The notes beneath the pieces were generated by a model, which did not search any database, had not been told where the DNA came from, and was given only the letters and a program-made list of their open reading frames with translations. This document shows, in pieces, positions 28,029 through 38,587 of a DNA stretch of 64,000 bases (position 1 is the stretch's first letter; each line of letters starts with the position of its first letter). The position numbers and the translations under genes were made by a program. The stretch covers positions 2,345,747 through 2,409,746 of the forward strand of contig OZ243917.1 of assembly GCA_965213815.1 (NCBI GenBank). The letters run 5' to 3'. This DNA is from Alphaproteobacteria bacterium. GTDB taxonomy: Bacteria > Pseudomonadota > Alphaproteobacteria > SP197.

Positions 28029-30149
28029 TCAAGCGCCCCTGGAGATGTCCATGACAATCGCGATCGACCGCAGGGCGGCGATGATGGATGTCAGGTGATG
28101 AACGTCCTGGACTTCAAGGTCAATGAGCATGCCGAAAAAATCGGCGGTGCGGGCATTGATCTTCAGATTGGTGATGTTGGCGTCCTGATGGCCGATGGCG
28201 GTGGTGATCTCGCCAAGGGCGCCGCGCTGGTTGATGACGTCCACGGCGATGCGCCCGACATAGTGTTCGGGCGCAGCACCATCGGGGGACCATGAGACAT
28301 CGAGCCACTCCTCGAACGAGTCCTCGTGCTCCTGCAGGCTGTCGCAGTCGATGGTGTGGATGGCGACTCCCTTGCCGGTCTCGACGATGCCGACGATTCG
28401 GTCGCCGGGAAGCGGATGACAGCATTCGGCGAGGTGGATGGCCATGCCGGGGGTAAGTCCGGCGATCGAGACGGCATGCTTGCCCGACGAGGGGAAGCGC
28501 CGGCGCTTGCGCGATGGCGAACGCCTTGACGTCAGCTGACGTCGCACCCTCTCGCTGGTGATTTCGCCACGGCCCACGGCCTCGAGGAGATCGTTCACGG
28601 TGCGCTTGCCCAACGCCTCGGAGAACTTCCCGAGGAGATCGTCGTCGGCCGCGCGGCGCAGAGAGGCGCATGTCTGCTGGATGATGGCCCGTCCCAGCCG
28701 GATGTACTCGCCGCGCTCCTTGATGCGGATGTGGCGGCGGATCCGTGAATTGGCCCGGGCGCTGACGACGAAGTCCTTCCACAACGGGTTGGGCGAGGCG
28801 TAGCGCGAACGCATGATCTCGACCTGATCGCCATTCTGAAGGACCGTGTCGAGACGCTTGGCCACGCCGTTGATCTTGGCGCCGACACAGGTATCCCCGA
28901 TCTTCGTGTGGATGGCATAGGCAAAGTCGACGGGCGTCGCATGGCGCGGCAGGTCATGAATGTCGCCCATGGGGGTGAAGCAGTACACCCTGTCCTGGAA
29001 GAGCTGCAACTTGGTGTTCTTGAGGAATTCCTCAGGGTCCGACGTGCTGTCGATGGAATCCAGCAGTTCGCGCACCCACTGGTACTGGCGGCCCTCGCTC
29101 GCCGAGGCCCGGTCCTCGCCGGCGGCGTAGCTCCAGTGGGCGGCAACGCCATATTCTGCAACCTCGTCCATCTCCCGGGTCCGGATCTGGATCTCGAGAC
29201 GCTTGCCCTCGGGCCCCTGCACCGTCGTGTGGATGGACCGGTACCCGTTGGGCTTGGGCGTCGAGAGGTAGTCCTTGAAGCGATCGGGAATCATCGGCCA
29301 GACACCGTGAATGACGCCGAGCGCCGCATAGCAGTCGGGAACCTCTTCGACCACCACCCGGAAGGCGACGATGTCGGAGAGTTGATCGAAGGAGACATTC
29401 TTGCGCTGCATCTTGCGCCAGATGGCATGGGGTTTCTTTTCGCGGCCGTCGACCCTGGCATCGAGACCGCCCTTCTTGAGGACCCGTTTGAGATGGCGTT
29501 CAATCTTCGCCAGGTTGGAGTCCGGCCGCAGGAAGCGCAGGCGTTCGATGATGGAGTTGCGGGCATCCCCGTTGATGTGGCCAAACGCGAGGTCCTCGAG
29601 TTCCTCCTTGACCCACTGCATGCCGATCCGCTCGGCCATGGGGACGTAGATTTCCATGGTCTCGCGGGCAATCCGCAGGCGCTTGTCGCCGTGCTGCACG
29701 TAATGCAGCGTGCGCATGTTGTGGAGGCGGTCGGCGAGCTTGACCAGGAGGACGCGCAGATCCTCCGACATGGCCAGGAAGAGCTTGGAGTAGTTGCGCA
29801 TGGTGCGCTGGCCTTCCTCGGCCTGGCTCTCGAGGCGAGACAACTTGGTGACGCCGTCAACCAGCCGGGCGACCCTGGGCCCGAACTTGCCCGAGATTTC
29901 GTCGAGCGTGGTGTTGGTGTCCTCGACGGTATCGTGCAGCAGGCCTGTGATGATGGACTCGCCGTCCAGCTTCATGTCGGCCAAAATGCCGGCGACCTCG
30001 ACGGGATGCGAGAAATAGGGGTCGCCCGAATCACGGATCTGGGAGCCATGCTTGACCATGGCGAACACGTAGGCGCTGTTGAGGGCTGTCTCGTCGACCC
30101 CCGCGTCGTAACTCCTGACCCGCTCAACCAGTTCAAATTGCCGGAGCAT
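28029..30149 (-). CDS. spoT: Bifunctional (p)ppGpp synthetase/hydrolase (RelA/SpoT homologue)
   Basis: 706 aa; N-terminal HD hydrolase (...HPVEVAGILADMKLD...LLHDTVEDT...), RelA/SpoT synthetase domain, and TGS and ACT-like C-terminal domains. It lies immediately downstream of rpoZ, as in many proteobacteria. Confidence 0.9.
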   Translation of the reverse strand: MLRQFELVERVRSYDAGVDETALNSAYVFAMVKHGSQIRDSGDPYFSHPVEVAGILADMKLDGESIITGLLHDTVEDTNTTLDEISGKFGPRVARLVDGVTKLSRLESQAEEGQRTMRNYSKLFLAMSEDLRVLLVKLADRLHNMRTLHYVQHGDKRLRIARETMEIYVPMAERIGMQWVKEELEDLAFGHINGDARNSIIERLRFLRPDSNLAKIERHLKRVLKKGGLDARVDGREKKPHAIWRKMQRKNVSFDQLSDIVAFRVVVEEVPDCYAALGVIHGVWPMIPDRFKDYLSTPKPNGYRSIHTTVQGPEGKRLEIQIRTREMDEVAEYGVAAHWSYAAGEDRASASEGRQYQWVRELLDSIDSTSDPEEFLKNTKLQLFQDRVYCFTPMGDIHDLPRHATPVDFAYAIHTKIGDTCVGAKINGVAKRLDTVLQNGDQVEIMRSRYASPNPLWKDFVVSARANSRIRRHIRIKERGEYIRLGRAIIQQTCASLRRAADDDLLGKFSEALGKRTVNDLLEAVGRGEITSERVRRQLTSRRSPSRKRRRFPSSGKHAVSIAGLTPGMAIHLAECCHPLPGDRIVGIVETGKGVAIHTIDCDSLQEHEDSFEEWLDVSWSPDGAAPEHYVGRIAVDVINQRGALGEITTAIGHQDANITNLKINARTADFFGMLIDLEVQDVHHLTSIIAALRSIAIVMDISRGA

Positions 30150-30168
30150 CGTCCGGGCTCACATTCTT

Positions 30169-30534
30169 CTAGCGGGTGGATCCGTCTTCGATGCCGGTGC
30201 CCCAGGCTTCGTTGTGCTGATCGCTGTCGAGGTCGAGATTGGCAAAGGCGCGATCGAGTGGATTGTCTGCCGCCAGGCCGAGCTCCTCGACATTGTCGGC
30301 ATTCTCGTCCTCTTCGGTCTCGGCGCCGTAGACCAGCTTGCGGCGCACCGCATCCAGCGAAATCGTGTCGTCGGCAATCTCGCGCAGGGCGATGACGGGA
30401 TGCTTGTCGTTGTCCCTGTCGACAGTCAGTTCCGCCCCCTTGCCCAGATCGCGGGCCCGCTGGGCGGCCAGGAGTACCAGCTCGAAACGGTTGCTCACGC
30501 GTTCGATACAGTCTTCAACAGTCAGTCGGGCCAT
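30169..30534 (-). CDS. rpoZ: DNA-directed RNA polymerase subunit omega
   Basis: 121 aa; [30 protein letters not shown]... is the conserved RpoZ N-terminus, followed by an acidic tail. Confidence 0.85.
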   Translation of the reverse strand: MARLTVEDCIERVSNRFELVLLAAQRARDLGKGAELTVDRDNDKHPVIALREIADDTISLDAVRRKLVYGAETEEDENADNVEELGLAADNPLDRAFANLDLDSDQHNEAWGTGIEDGSTR

Positions 30535-30589
30535 TCATCACCTCGATGTGGGAGCCGCAGCCAGAGCCGAAAATGCCAGCATCGCGCCC

Positions 30590-31135
30590 TCATGACAAGC
30601 CCTGACCGGAGTCGCCGGCCAGGCGCGCAATGTCGCCATCGCGCCGGGGGAGCGCCTGGATGAGAGAGGCGATGGAGTGGCCGGTCACCGGATGCCTCCA
30701 CGCCGGCGCCACATCATGGAGCGGCAGCAGGACGAAGAGCCTTTCGGCGGCGCCGGGATGGGGCAGCACGGGAGGCGGGCCGGTTCTCTCGAGGCCACGG
30801 TAATCGATGAGGTCGAGATCCACGGTGCGGGACTCCCAGCGCAGGCGCCGCTGGCGGCCGAGCCCTTCCTCCACCTCGTGAAGGAGGGCAAGCAGGGCCT
30901 CGGGATCATGCGCGGTGTCGACCTCGGCGACGGCGTTGACATAGCGGGGCTGATCGCGGTCCTCCATGGGCCGGGTTTCATACCAGGGGGAGGCGTCGAG
31001 AACCTCCACACCGGCGCGGCGCATCCGCACCAGTGCCTCCTCGAGCGTGCGCCGCGGTGGCCCGATCGGTGAAGCAAGGTTGGCGCCCAGGGCCACATAT
31101 ATGCCGCCCCGGGGGCGGGAGGGGAGTGCCGACAT
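30590..31135 (-). CDS. folK: 2-amino-4-hydroxy-6-hydroxymethyldihydropteridine pyrophosphokinase
   Basis: The 3' ~182 aa of ORF 30590..31414 from MSALPS... ; ...GIYVALGANL..., ...PRYVNAVAEVDT..., ...RWESRTVDLDLI... are HPPK motifs. The upstream 93 codons of the ORF are excluded. Confidence 0.8.
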   Translation of the reverse strand: MSALPSRPRGGIYVALGANLASPIGPPRRTLEEALVRMRRAGVEVLDASPWYETRPMEDRDQPRYVNAVAEVDTAHDPEALLALLHEVEEGLGRQRRLRWESRTVDLDLIDYRGLERTGPPPVLPHPGAAERLFVLLPLHDVAPAWRHPVTGHSIASLIQALPRRDGDIARLAGDSGQGLS

Positions 31136-31220
31136 CTGCGGTTGCTTCTTATAGGGTGCATCAGTGCGTCTGCAACCCTTCCGCGTGCGGGCGCCGCCAC
31201 GAACGAAACGAGGCGCCCCG

Positions 31221-31862
31221 ATGACCCCAGACGAGCCCCTGCCCGACTGCCCGCTTTGCCCGCGTCTCATGGCCTTCCGCCATGAATGGCGCGAGAAGGA
31301 ACCGGACTGGTTCAATGCCCCTGTTCCCACCTTCGGACCCCGTGATGCCCGCCTCCTGGTGGTGGGGCTGGCGCCGGGCCTGAGGGGCGCCAACGCCTCC
31401 GGTCGACCATTCACCGGCGATGGCGCGGGGGATTTCCTCTATCCGGCGCTGATCGCAGCGGGTTACGCCAGGGGCAACTATGGCGCCCGGCCGAACGACG
31501 GTCTGGAGCTGGTGAACTGCCGGATCACCAATGCGGTGCGCTGCGTGCCGCCTGGCAACAGGCCTCTTGCCGGCGAAATCCGTTCCTGCAACCCCTTCCT
31601 TGCCCGGGAACTCGCCCGACTGCCCTGCCTCGATACAGTCCTTGCCCTCGGTGGCCTCGCCCACCAGGCCATCCTCGACGCCGTCGGCGCCAGGCGTTCC
31701 GCCTTCCGGTTTGCCCATGGCGCCATCCATGAACCGGCTGGCGGCCTCGTCCTCGTCGACAGCTACCACTGCTCGCGGCTGAACACCAACACGCGGCGCC
31801 TGACGTGGGAGATGTTCACCGACATCTTCACCCTCATCGCCGGGAGACACGCGGCAGGCTGA
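31221..31862 (+). CDS. Uracil-DNA glycosylase, family 4/5 (UdgA/B-type, Fe-S)
   Basis: Starts MTPDEPLPDCPLCPRL (the CxxC of the family-4 Fe-S cluster); ...GPRDARLLVVGLAPG..., ...GRPFTGDGAGDFL..., C-terminal ...HCSRLNTNTRRLT.... Start taken at ATG 31221. Confidence 0.75.
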   Translation: MTPDEPLPDCPLCPRLMAFRHEWREKEPDWFNAPVPTFGPRDARLLVVGLAPGLRGANASGRPFTGDGAGDFLYPALIAAGYARGNYGARPNDGLELVNCRITNAVRCVPPGNRPLAGEIRSCNPFLARELARLPCLDTVLALGGLAHQAILDAVGARRSAFRFAHGAIHEPAGGLVLVDSYHCSRLNTNTRRLTWEMFTDIFTLIAGRHAAG

Positions 31863-32712
31863 CAACGATGGCCGCAAGGATGGCGAGCGCGCCAGCCACA
31901 GCCTGCCAGTGAAGCGCCTCTCCGAACACCAGCCAGCCGGCAAGAAGCACGGTGACGAGTTCGGCCGAACCGGCCACGGCGGAACGCCCGCTCCCCGCCA
32001 TCGCGGTGCCGGCCACCACCAGGCAGGTGGCGAGGATCCCGGTGCCAAGACCGACCCAGCCAAGCGAGACCCAGCCCATCGCCGAGACCGGCCAGGAGAG
32101 CGCGGCATCCGACACCAGATGCCAGACAACGGTCACCGCACAGGCGGCAATGCTGACCATGAGGGTGCGCCACAGCACATGGCCCCCGGCCGATCCCAGG
32201 CAGGCGAGATAGAGTCCGTAACCCAGCGGCGCGCCAAAGGTGAGCAGCACGCTGCCAGGAGACGCCGCCTGCAGATTGCCGGGAGTGACGATGAGTGCGG
32301 CCGCACCCAGGACCAGAGCGATGGCCAGGACCATGCGCCGTTCCATGGCGGCACGGAAGAGAAGGCTTGCCAGAACGAGGGTAAAGGCAGGGTAGGTGTA
32401 GAACACGAGAATTGTCGTCGAGGCCGGCAGGCGTGCGTAGCCCTCGAAGAGAAAGATCGTGCCGGCCCCGATCCCGAGACCGGCAAGGAGCGGCGGGCCC
32501 AGGGGTCCCCCCGGACACCGCCGCCAGGCGACGACGGCGGCGAGCACCACGATGGAGACGCCAAACCGGACGAGCAGCGACGACGTCGAGCCAACTCCCT
32601 CCTCCCTCAGGATCTCAAGGGGCCGCGGCAGCAGGCCGTAACAGATGGCCCCGGCAGCGACCAGGAGTACGCCCGCCACCATGGCCGGCCGGTTTGCCTC
32701 GTTGACGCTCAC
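31834..32712 (-). CDS. EamA/DMT-family transporter
   Basis: 292 aa, about 10 predicted TM segments, duplicated EamA-like halves. Confidence 0.65.
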   Translation of the reverse strand: MSVNEANRPAMVAGVLLVAAGAICYGLLPRPLEILREEGVGSTSSLLVRFGVSIVVLAAVVAWRRCPGGPLGPPLLAGLGIGAGTIFLFEGYARLPASTTILVFYTYPAFTLVLASLLFRAAMERRMVLAIALVLGAAALIVTPGNLQAASPGSVLLTFGAPLGYGLYLACLGSAGGHVLWRTLMVSIAACAVTVVWHLVSDAALSWPVSAMGWVSLGWVGLGTGILATCLVVAGTAMAGSGRSAVAGSAELVTVLLAGWLVFGEALHWQAVAGALAILAAIVVSLPRVSRR

Positions 32713-32773
32713 GCATGGGTTCCTTTATGTCACAAGATCCAACGATGTTCCGAACGAATGAAAGGCAACGGTC

Positions 32774-33241
32774 ATGGCTGGGAAGATTGAGGCACGTCTC
32801 GCCGAACTCGGCATCAGGCTGCCTGAAGCCGCTGCTCCGGCGGCGAATTATGTGCCCTGGGCGATGACTGGCAACCTGGTCTTCGTATCCGGTCAGATCA
32901 CCCTTGCCGATGGCGCTCTCAAACACCAGGGCAAGCTCGGCGCGGACATCACTCTCGAGGAAGGCTATGCGGCGGCACGCCTGTGCGGCCTCAATGTCAT
33001 TGCCCAGATCAAGGCCGCCTGTGGCGGGGATCTCGACCGGGTGGTCAGGATCGTCAGGCTTGGTGGATTCGTCAATGCCTCGGGGGATTTCCACGACCAT
33101 CCAAAGGTCATCAACGGCGCCAGCGATCTCATGGTCGAGGTGTTCGGCGACAGGGGCCGTCACGCGCGGGCAGCCGTGGGCTGCGCCTCCCTGCCGCTCG
33201 ATGTGGCAACGGAGGTCGAGGCCGTGGCCGAGATCTCCTGA
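32774..33241 (+). CDS. RidA/YjgF/TdcF-family reactive-intermediate deaminase
   Basis: 155 aa; ...FVSGQI..., ...ARAAVGCASLPLDVATEVEAVAEI... is the typical RidA C-terminus. Confidence 0.8.
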   Translation: MAGKIEARLAELGIRLPEAAAPAANYVPWAMTGNLVFVSGQITLADGALKHQGKLGADITLEEGYAAARLCGLNVIAQIKAACGGDLDRVVRIVRLGGFVNASGDFHDHPKVINGASDLMVEVFGDRGRHARAAVGCASLPLDVATEVEAVAEIS

Positions 33242-33247
33242 GTTGAG

Positions 33248-34870
33248 ATGAATGGCGGCGAGGCGCTTGTCGCCACCCTTCTCAAGCACGGTGTGACGAC
33301 GGCATTCTGCGTCCCCGGTGAAAGCTATCTTGCGGTTCTCGAGGCGTTGCGCCGTCACGGCAACGCTATCCGCCTCGTCACCCATCGCCACGAATCGGGG
33401 GCGACCTTCGCCGCCAACGGCTACGCCAAGATCCAGGCGCGCCCGGGCGTTGTCCTGGTCAGCCGCGGCCCGGGAGCCACCAATGCCGCCATCGGCATTC
33501 ACACGGCTGCCCAGGACAGTGTGCCGGTGGTTCTGTTCATCGGCCAGGTGCCGACCGGTGAAATCGGCCGCGAGGCGTTCCAGGAAATCGACTATGCGTC
33601 CTTCTACGGCACCGTTGCCAAGGCAGTGATCGAACCTGCCGCCGCTGCGGATGTGGCAGACGCCACGGCGCGCGCCCTCTCCCTCGCTGTCGCGGGCCGG
33701 CCTGGCCCGGTGATCGTGGTTCTCCCTGAGGACGTCACTCTCGGCGATGCCGGGGACCCGGTGATTCCGGGACCGGCTGCCGGACTCCGGACCAGGGCCC
33801 CGGCGGACGACATCGCCCGGGCCGCAGCGATGATCGAGGGAGCCGACCGCGTGCTCATCGTGGCGGGCGAGATGGTGCGTCATGAAGCGGCCCACCCCGG
33901 GCTCGATCACCTGGCGCGGCGGTCGGGCGCTGCGGTGGTATCGGCATTCCGCTGCCAGGACTGCCTTGCAAACGACCATGATGCCTATGCGGGGTCCCTG
34001 GCCACGGGCCGGGCGGCCTACCTCGACAAGGCCTGGGACGAGGCGGATCTTGTGGTGATCGCCGGCGCCAGGTTCGACGCCATCACGTCCGCCGACTTCC
34101 GGTTTCGAAACGGATCGAAGCCGTTTGTCGTCATCCACCCCGACGCCGCCACCGTCGCCGCCCTTCGTCCCCGACTCGGCCTGGTGTCCGATGTCGGACC
34201 GGCGCTCGATGCCATCGCCGGCCGCCTTGCCGGACCGACAGCCTCCCGGATCGCATGGCGGTCCGGCCTGAAGGACGCGTGGATGCATTTCCAGGGTTCG
34301 GCGACGGCGGCCAGGGGAGCCGTCGACATGACGGCCGTCGTGCGCCACGTGAACCGGCGACTCGAATCGACCGATCACGTCATCACCAATGATGCCGGCA
34401 ACTTCTCGACCTGGGTGCAGCGCCACTTTTGTTACCGGCTGCCGGCCAGTCAGGCCGGGCCCATGTCGGGCGCCATGGGCTATGGTGTGCCTGCCGCCAT
34501 CGGTGCGGCGCTCGCCCGACGCGACGCCCGGGTTGTCGCCTTCGCCGGTGACGGCGGGTTCATGATGACCGGCCAGGAACTCACCATCGCCGTGGAGAAT
34601 GCCCTCAAGATCATTGTCATCGTCTGCGACAACGGACACTACGGCACCATCCTGATGCACCAGCAGCGTTATGCCGGACCAGAGAACACCATTGCCGTGG
34701 CTCTCCGGAGTCCTGATTTCCGGGCTATCGGCACCGCCTACGGGGCGCCGTCCTGGCGTGTCGAACACACCGGGGAGTTTGCGCCGGCCTTCGATGAGGC
34801 CCTCGGTCTTGACGGCCCTGCCCTCATCCATGTCGTCACCGACATCCGGGACCTTTCCGCCGGTAACTGA
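33248..34870 (+). CDS. Thiamine-pyrophosphate-dependent enzyme (acetolactate synthase large subunit-like)
   Basis: 540 aa; N-terminal Pyr domain (...FCVPGESYLAVLEAL..., ...GPGATNAAIGIHTAAQDSVPVVLFIGQV...) and a C-terminal PP domain with GDGGFMMTGQEL. It lies 6 bp after the RidA gene. Confidence 0.8.
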   Translation: MNGGEALVATLLKHGVTTAFCVPGESYLAVLEALRRHGNAIRLVTHRHESGATFAANGYAKIQARPGVVLVSRGPGATNAAIGIHTAAQDSVPVVLFIGQVPTGEIGREAFQEIDYASFYGTVAKAVIEPAAAADVADATARALSLAVAGRPGPVIVVLPEDVTLGDAGDPVIPGPAAGLRTRAPADDIARAAAMIEGADRVLIVAGEMVRHEAAHPGLDHLARRSGAAVVSAFRCQDCLANDHDAYAGSLATGRAAYLDKAWDEADLVVIAGARFDAITSADFRFRNGSKPFVVIHPDAATVAALRPRLGLVSDVGPALDAIAGRLAGPTASRIAWRSGLKDAWMHFQGSATAARGAVDMTAVVRHVNRRLESTDHVITNDAGNFSTWVQRHFCYRLPASQAGPMSGAMGYGVPAAIGAALARRDARVVAFAGDGGFMMTGQELTIAVENALKIIVIVCDNGHYGTILMHQQRYAGPENTIAVALRSPDFRAIGTAYGAPSWRVEHTGEFAPAFDEALGLDGPALIHVVTDIRDLSAGN

Positions 34871-34877
34871 ATCCGGT

Positions 34878-36737
34878 TCAGGTGCCCTCGACCGTCGAAA
34901 TCAGGGCGCCGGCGTCGTCGATGTCGTCGAAACTGGCGTAGTTCATGCGGTAGAGCATGCTGTAGAGACCGCCGGAGGCCATGAGGTCGTCGTGGGGGCC
35001 CTCCTCGATGATGCGGCCATCCTGCAGCACGATGATGCGGTCCGCACCCCTGATGGTGGTGAGGCGGTGGGCAATCACCAGGGCCGTACGCCCCTCGAGG
35101 AGACGGACAAGGGCCTGCTGAATCTTCAGTTCCGTGTAGCTGTCGACGTTTGCCGTGGCCTCGTCGAGTACGAGGATGGGCGCATCGGCCACCAGGGCCC
35201 GGGCAAAGCTCAGCAACTGGCGTTCGCCAAGCGACAGGGTCACCGCACCCTGATCCAGCAGGGTATCGTACCCCTTGGGCAGGTTCATGATGAAGTCGTG
35301 GGCGCCAACCGCCCGCGCCGCTTCGGCCACCTCGTGGCGGCTGGCTCCGGTCCTGTTGTAGCGGATGTTCTCGAAGACCGTCCCGGTGAAGAGATAGGGG
35401 TCCTGCAGGACCATGGCCACGTGCCTGCCCAGAGACTCCTGGGTGACGTCGCGGACATCGTGACCGCCGACCCTGACGGAACCCTCCCAGACATCATAGA
35501 AGCGGTGAATCAGGGCCATGGCGCTGGTCTTCCCTGAACCGGTCGGCCCGACCAGGGCGACGGTTTCCCCGTCCTTCACCCGAAAACTCACGTCCTTGAG
35601 AACGGGCTGCTTCTCGACATATCCGAAGGTGACGTCGGCGAACTCGACGGCGCCGTTGCCGCGGTCGAGTGTGATGGCGTCCGCCTTGTCGCGGACCTCC
35701 ACGTCGACATCGAGAACCTCGAAGATGCGCTGCCCGGCCGCCATGGCCCGCTGCATGATGCTGTACTGGATGGAGAGCGAGCGAATGGGATCGAAGAAAC
35801 GCTGCACATAGAAGAGAAAGGCGATCATGACGCCGATGTCGAGGGTGCTGTCCAGCACCAGCTGTCCACCGACGATGACGACAATCGCCATGGCACAGCC
35901 AGTCAGAAGGTCGACCACCGGGATCAGGACGTTGGCAAAGCGTGACGCCCTCAGGTGGGCGTTGCGGTTGTCGGCCGCCATCTCCTCGAAGAGGTCGAGA
36001 TTGACGCCTTCACGGCCGAGTTCCTGTATGGCCCGGATCCCATGGACGTTCTCGGCCAGCGCCGCGTTGACCGCACTGCTCGTCTCGCGGGCATGCAGGA
36101 AGGCCCGCCGGGCCATGGGAAGCCAGACCATGCGCACGACGATCAGCACCGGAAGAACCGCGAGGGTCAGGGAGGCAAGCCGGACATCGAGAATGAGGAG
36201 GACCGCGATGATGCCCACGAGGAGAACCACATCGCCAATGGCGAAGATGGACGATTCGACAAACTCCTGGAGAGCGTAGACATCTCCCTGAAGTCGCGAC
36301 ATCAGCCGGCCGACTTCCGTCTGGTCCATGAATCCCAGGGAGACGACCTGCAGGTGGGCATACATGGCCCGGCGCAGGTCGAACAGCAGGTGACCGGCGA
36401 TGCGTCCGACGATGCTCTCGAGAAGGAACATCGAGATGTAGTTGACGACGACAATGCCGAAGAACACACCCATGATGAGGACGAGGAGGACGCGGGCACC
36501 GTCACCGGCCGTCAACGCGTCGTCGATCGCCCAGCGTATGATGAGCGGCACCATGAGTTGCGTGGCAATGAAGAAGAGGACAGCAATCACCGCCAGCGCA
36601 ATCCGTGTCCGGTAGGGAGCCAGGTGCACCAGGAATCGCGCGATCACCCAGCGGTCGAAGGCGCGGCCGAAGAGTTCCTCGTCGCGCGACACCTGGGCAC
36701 CGACCACGGCAAGGGCAGGCTTGCGGTCGGCGGTCAT
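34878..36737 (-). CDS. ABC transporter permease/ATP-binding protein (type-I exporter half-transporter)
   Basis: 619 aa; 6-TM N-terminal domain plus an NBD with Walker A GPTGSGKTS, signature LSLGERQLL and Walker B ILVLDEATANVD. Confidence 0.8.
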   Translation of the reverse strand: MTADRKPALAVVGAQVSRDEELFGRAFDRWVIARFLVHLAPYRTRIALAVIAVLFFIATQLMVPLIIRWAIDDALTAGDGARVLLVLIMGVFFGIVVVNYISMFLLESIVGRIAGHLLFDLRRAMYAHLQVVSLGFMDQTEVGRLMSRLQGDVYALQEFVESSIFAIGDVVLLVGIIAVLLILDVRLASLTLAVLPVLIVVRMVWLPMARRAFLHARETSSAVNAALAENVHGIRAIQELGREGVNLDLFEEMAADNRNAHLRASRFANVLIPVVDLLTGCAMAIVVIVGGQLVLDSTLDIGVMIAFLFYVQRFFDPIRSLSIQYSIMQRAMAAGQRIFEVLDVDVEVRDKADAITLDRGNGAVEFADVTFGYVEKQPVLKDVSFRVKDGETVALVGPTGSGKTSAMALIHRFYDVWEGSVRVGGHDVRDVTQESLGRHVAMVLQDPYLFTGTVFENIRYNRTGASRHEVAEAARAVGAHDFIMNLPKGYDTLLDQGAVTLSLGERQLLSFARALVADAPILVLDEATANVDSYTELKIQQALVRLLEGRTALVIAHRLTTIRGADRIIVLQDGRIIEEGPHDDLMASGGLYSMLYRMNYASFDDIDDAGALISTVEGT

Positions 36738-38587
36738 GGTTCAGCGCTCCCACCCCTGGCCTGCAGGTCCCACAGGGCCCGATAGCGCCCCCCGAGCGCC
36801 AGCAGATCCTCGTGACGCCCGCGCTCGACGATTCGCCCCTCCTCCAGGAAAATGATCTCGTCGGCGTGAAGCAGCGAACGCAGGCGGTGTGCGATGATGA
36901 TGACGGCGCGCTCGCGGGTCAGATCCTGCAGGGCCTGATGGATGCGCTGCTCGGTGGCGGCATCCACAGCGGCCGTGGAATCGTCGAACACGATCACGGC
37001 GCTCTCGGGCAGAACGCCGCGGGCAATCGACAGGCGCTGGCGCTGGCCTCCCGACAGCGACACGCCCCGTTCACCGACAAGGGTGGCGTATCCGGTCGGC
37101 AGTTTCCTGATGTAGTTGTGAAGCTGGGCTGCCGCGGCGGAGTGCTCGATAGCCGCCCTCCCGGCCCAGGGATCGCCATAGGCCACGTTGTGATCGATGC
37201 CGGCGGTAAAGAGGAACGGCTGTTGCGGCACGATGGAGACATGCCGGCGCAGGCTCGCCAGTGTCAGCGAGCGGATGTCGGCGCCATCGATGGTGATGCG
37301 CCCGGACGTCACATCGTAGTAGCGCCCCGCCAGCTGTCCGATGGTGCTCTTGCCGCTGCCGGGAGGGCCGACGATGCCGAGTGTCCTGCCGGGTCCCACC
37401 TCGAAATCGATGCCGCTCAGCGTGCGCCTGTCACGCACCGAGGCCGGATAGGCGAAGTCGACACTCTCGAACTTCAGGATGCCATCGCGCACCTCCAGCG
37501 GCGCGGCACCGGGCTGATCGGCGACGCTCGGCTCGAGATCGAGCACGTTGAAGAGGCGCCCGCCGCAGGTCGAGGCCCGGGCGACGGAGTTGATCATCCA
37601 GCCGATCTGACGCACCGGCATCTGCAGAATGGCCATGAAGGCAAGGCATTCCGCGAGTTCACCCAGCGTGATCTCGCCGGCCATCGCCTTTTCTCCTCCC
37701 ACCCACAAGACGAGACCCATGGCGGCGAGGAAAATGAATGTCATGCGTGTGCTGGAACGCACGAAGAGCGCGATCCGGCGATGCGACAGGGCAAGTGCGC
37801 GCGCGGCGATGGTGTCATAGCGCATCAATTCGTAGGCCGTCGAGGCAAAGGCGCGCACCACCCGAATGCCGCCGAGATTTTCCTCAATGACCTTGGTGAG
37901 CTGCGAGAGCTCCTCCTGCAAGGCAAGCCAGGCGTCACGCAGCTTGAGGCGGGCACCCGAGGCCATCACGGCGATGACGGGAACGAACCCCAGGGCCAGC
38001 AGGCCCAGCACCGGGTCGATGCGGACAAGCAGGATGGCGCCGCCGACGATGAGGGTCGACAGGAACACACAGCGCAGGATGCCGGTGTCCACCCACAGGC
38101 GCACGCCCTCGATATCAAGGATTCCCCTGGTCATCAGTTCACCGGAGTGAACACGGTCATGCCATGACAGGCTCAAGACCTGCAGTTGCCTGTAATAGGC
38201 CATGCGCAGGTCGTAGCCGATGATCTGGCCGACGGATTCACCCTGGTAGTTCTGAACCATGGCAAAGAGGCCACGCAGCACGCTGGTGGCGATCAGCAGC
38301 ATGGCGGTCGTCATCAGCGCCTCGCCCGCAAGATCCCGGCTGATCCCGGTGCCCAGCAGGCCCTGGGCCTCGTCCACCGCACGCCCGAGGAACTGTGGCA
38401 CGAACAGCTGGAAGAACCCCGCGGCGAGTGCGGCCACGATACCGAGCGCCATGCGCCAGCGGTTGCGGAAGGCCATGGCCGAGATTCGCCACAAGACCCC
38501 GGCGTCGACCCGCGATACATCAATGTTGTAACGACCGTCGAACTCGAGATCGATGCGACGCCGGGTTCGGTTCCCCTGTGTTGTCAT
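36734..38587 (-). CDS. ABC transporter permease/ATP-binding protein (partner half-transporter)
   Basis: 617 aa; TMD plus an NBD with GPPGSGKST, LSGGQRQRLSIARG, VIVFDDSTAAVD. There is a 4-bp overlap with the downstream half-transporter gene, which suggests a heterodimer. Confidence 0.8.
   Translation of the reverse strand: MTTQGNRTRRRIDLEFDGRYNIDVSRVDAGVLWRISAMAFRNRWRMALGIVAALAAGFFQLFVPQFLGRAVDEAQGLLGTGISRDLAGEALMTTAMLLIATSVLRGLFAMVQNYQGESVGQIIGYDLRMAYYRQLQVLSLSWHDRVHSGELMTRGILDIEGVRLWVDTGILRCVFLSTLIVGGAILLVRIDPVLGLLALGFVPVIAVMASGARLKLRDAWLALQEELSQLTKVIEENLGGIRVVRAFASTAYELMRYDTIAARALALSHRRIALFVRSSTRMTFIFLAAMGLVLWVGGEKAMAGEITLGELAECLAFMAILQMPVRQIGWMINSVARASTCGGRLFNVLDLEPSVADQPGAAPLEVRDGILKFESVDFAYPASVRDRRTLSGIDFEVGPGRTLGIVGPPGSGKSTIGQLAGRYYDVTSGRITIDGADIRSLTLASLRRHVSIVPQQPFLFTAGIDHNVAYGDPWAGRAAIEHSAAAAQLHNYIRKLPTGYATLVGERGVSLSGGQRQRLSIARGVLPESAVIVFDDSTAAVDAATEQRIHQALQDLTRERAVIIIAHRLRSLLHADEIIFLEEGRIVERGRHEDLLALGGRYRALWDLQARGGSAEP

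Noticed and set aside
30590-31414. Full 274-aa ORF as folK, and ORF 31164..31862 start for the UDG
   Set aside because: The HPPK domain accounts only for the last ~182 aa (start 31135). The upstream part is low-complexity Arg/Gly/Ser sequence overlapping the UDG gene region. The UDG family-4 CxxC N-terminus begins at ATG 31221, so the 31164 start adds 19 non-conserved residues.
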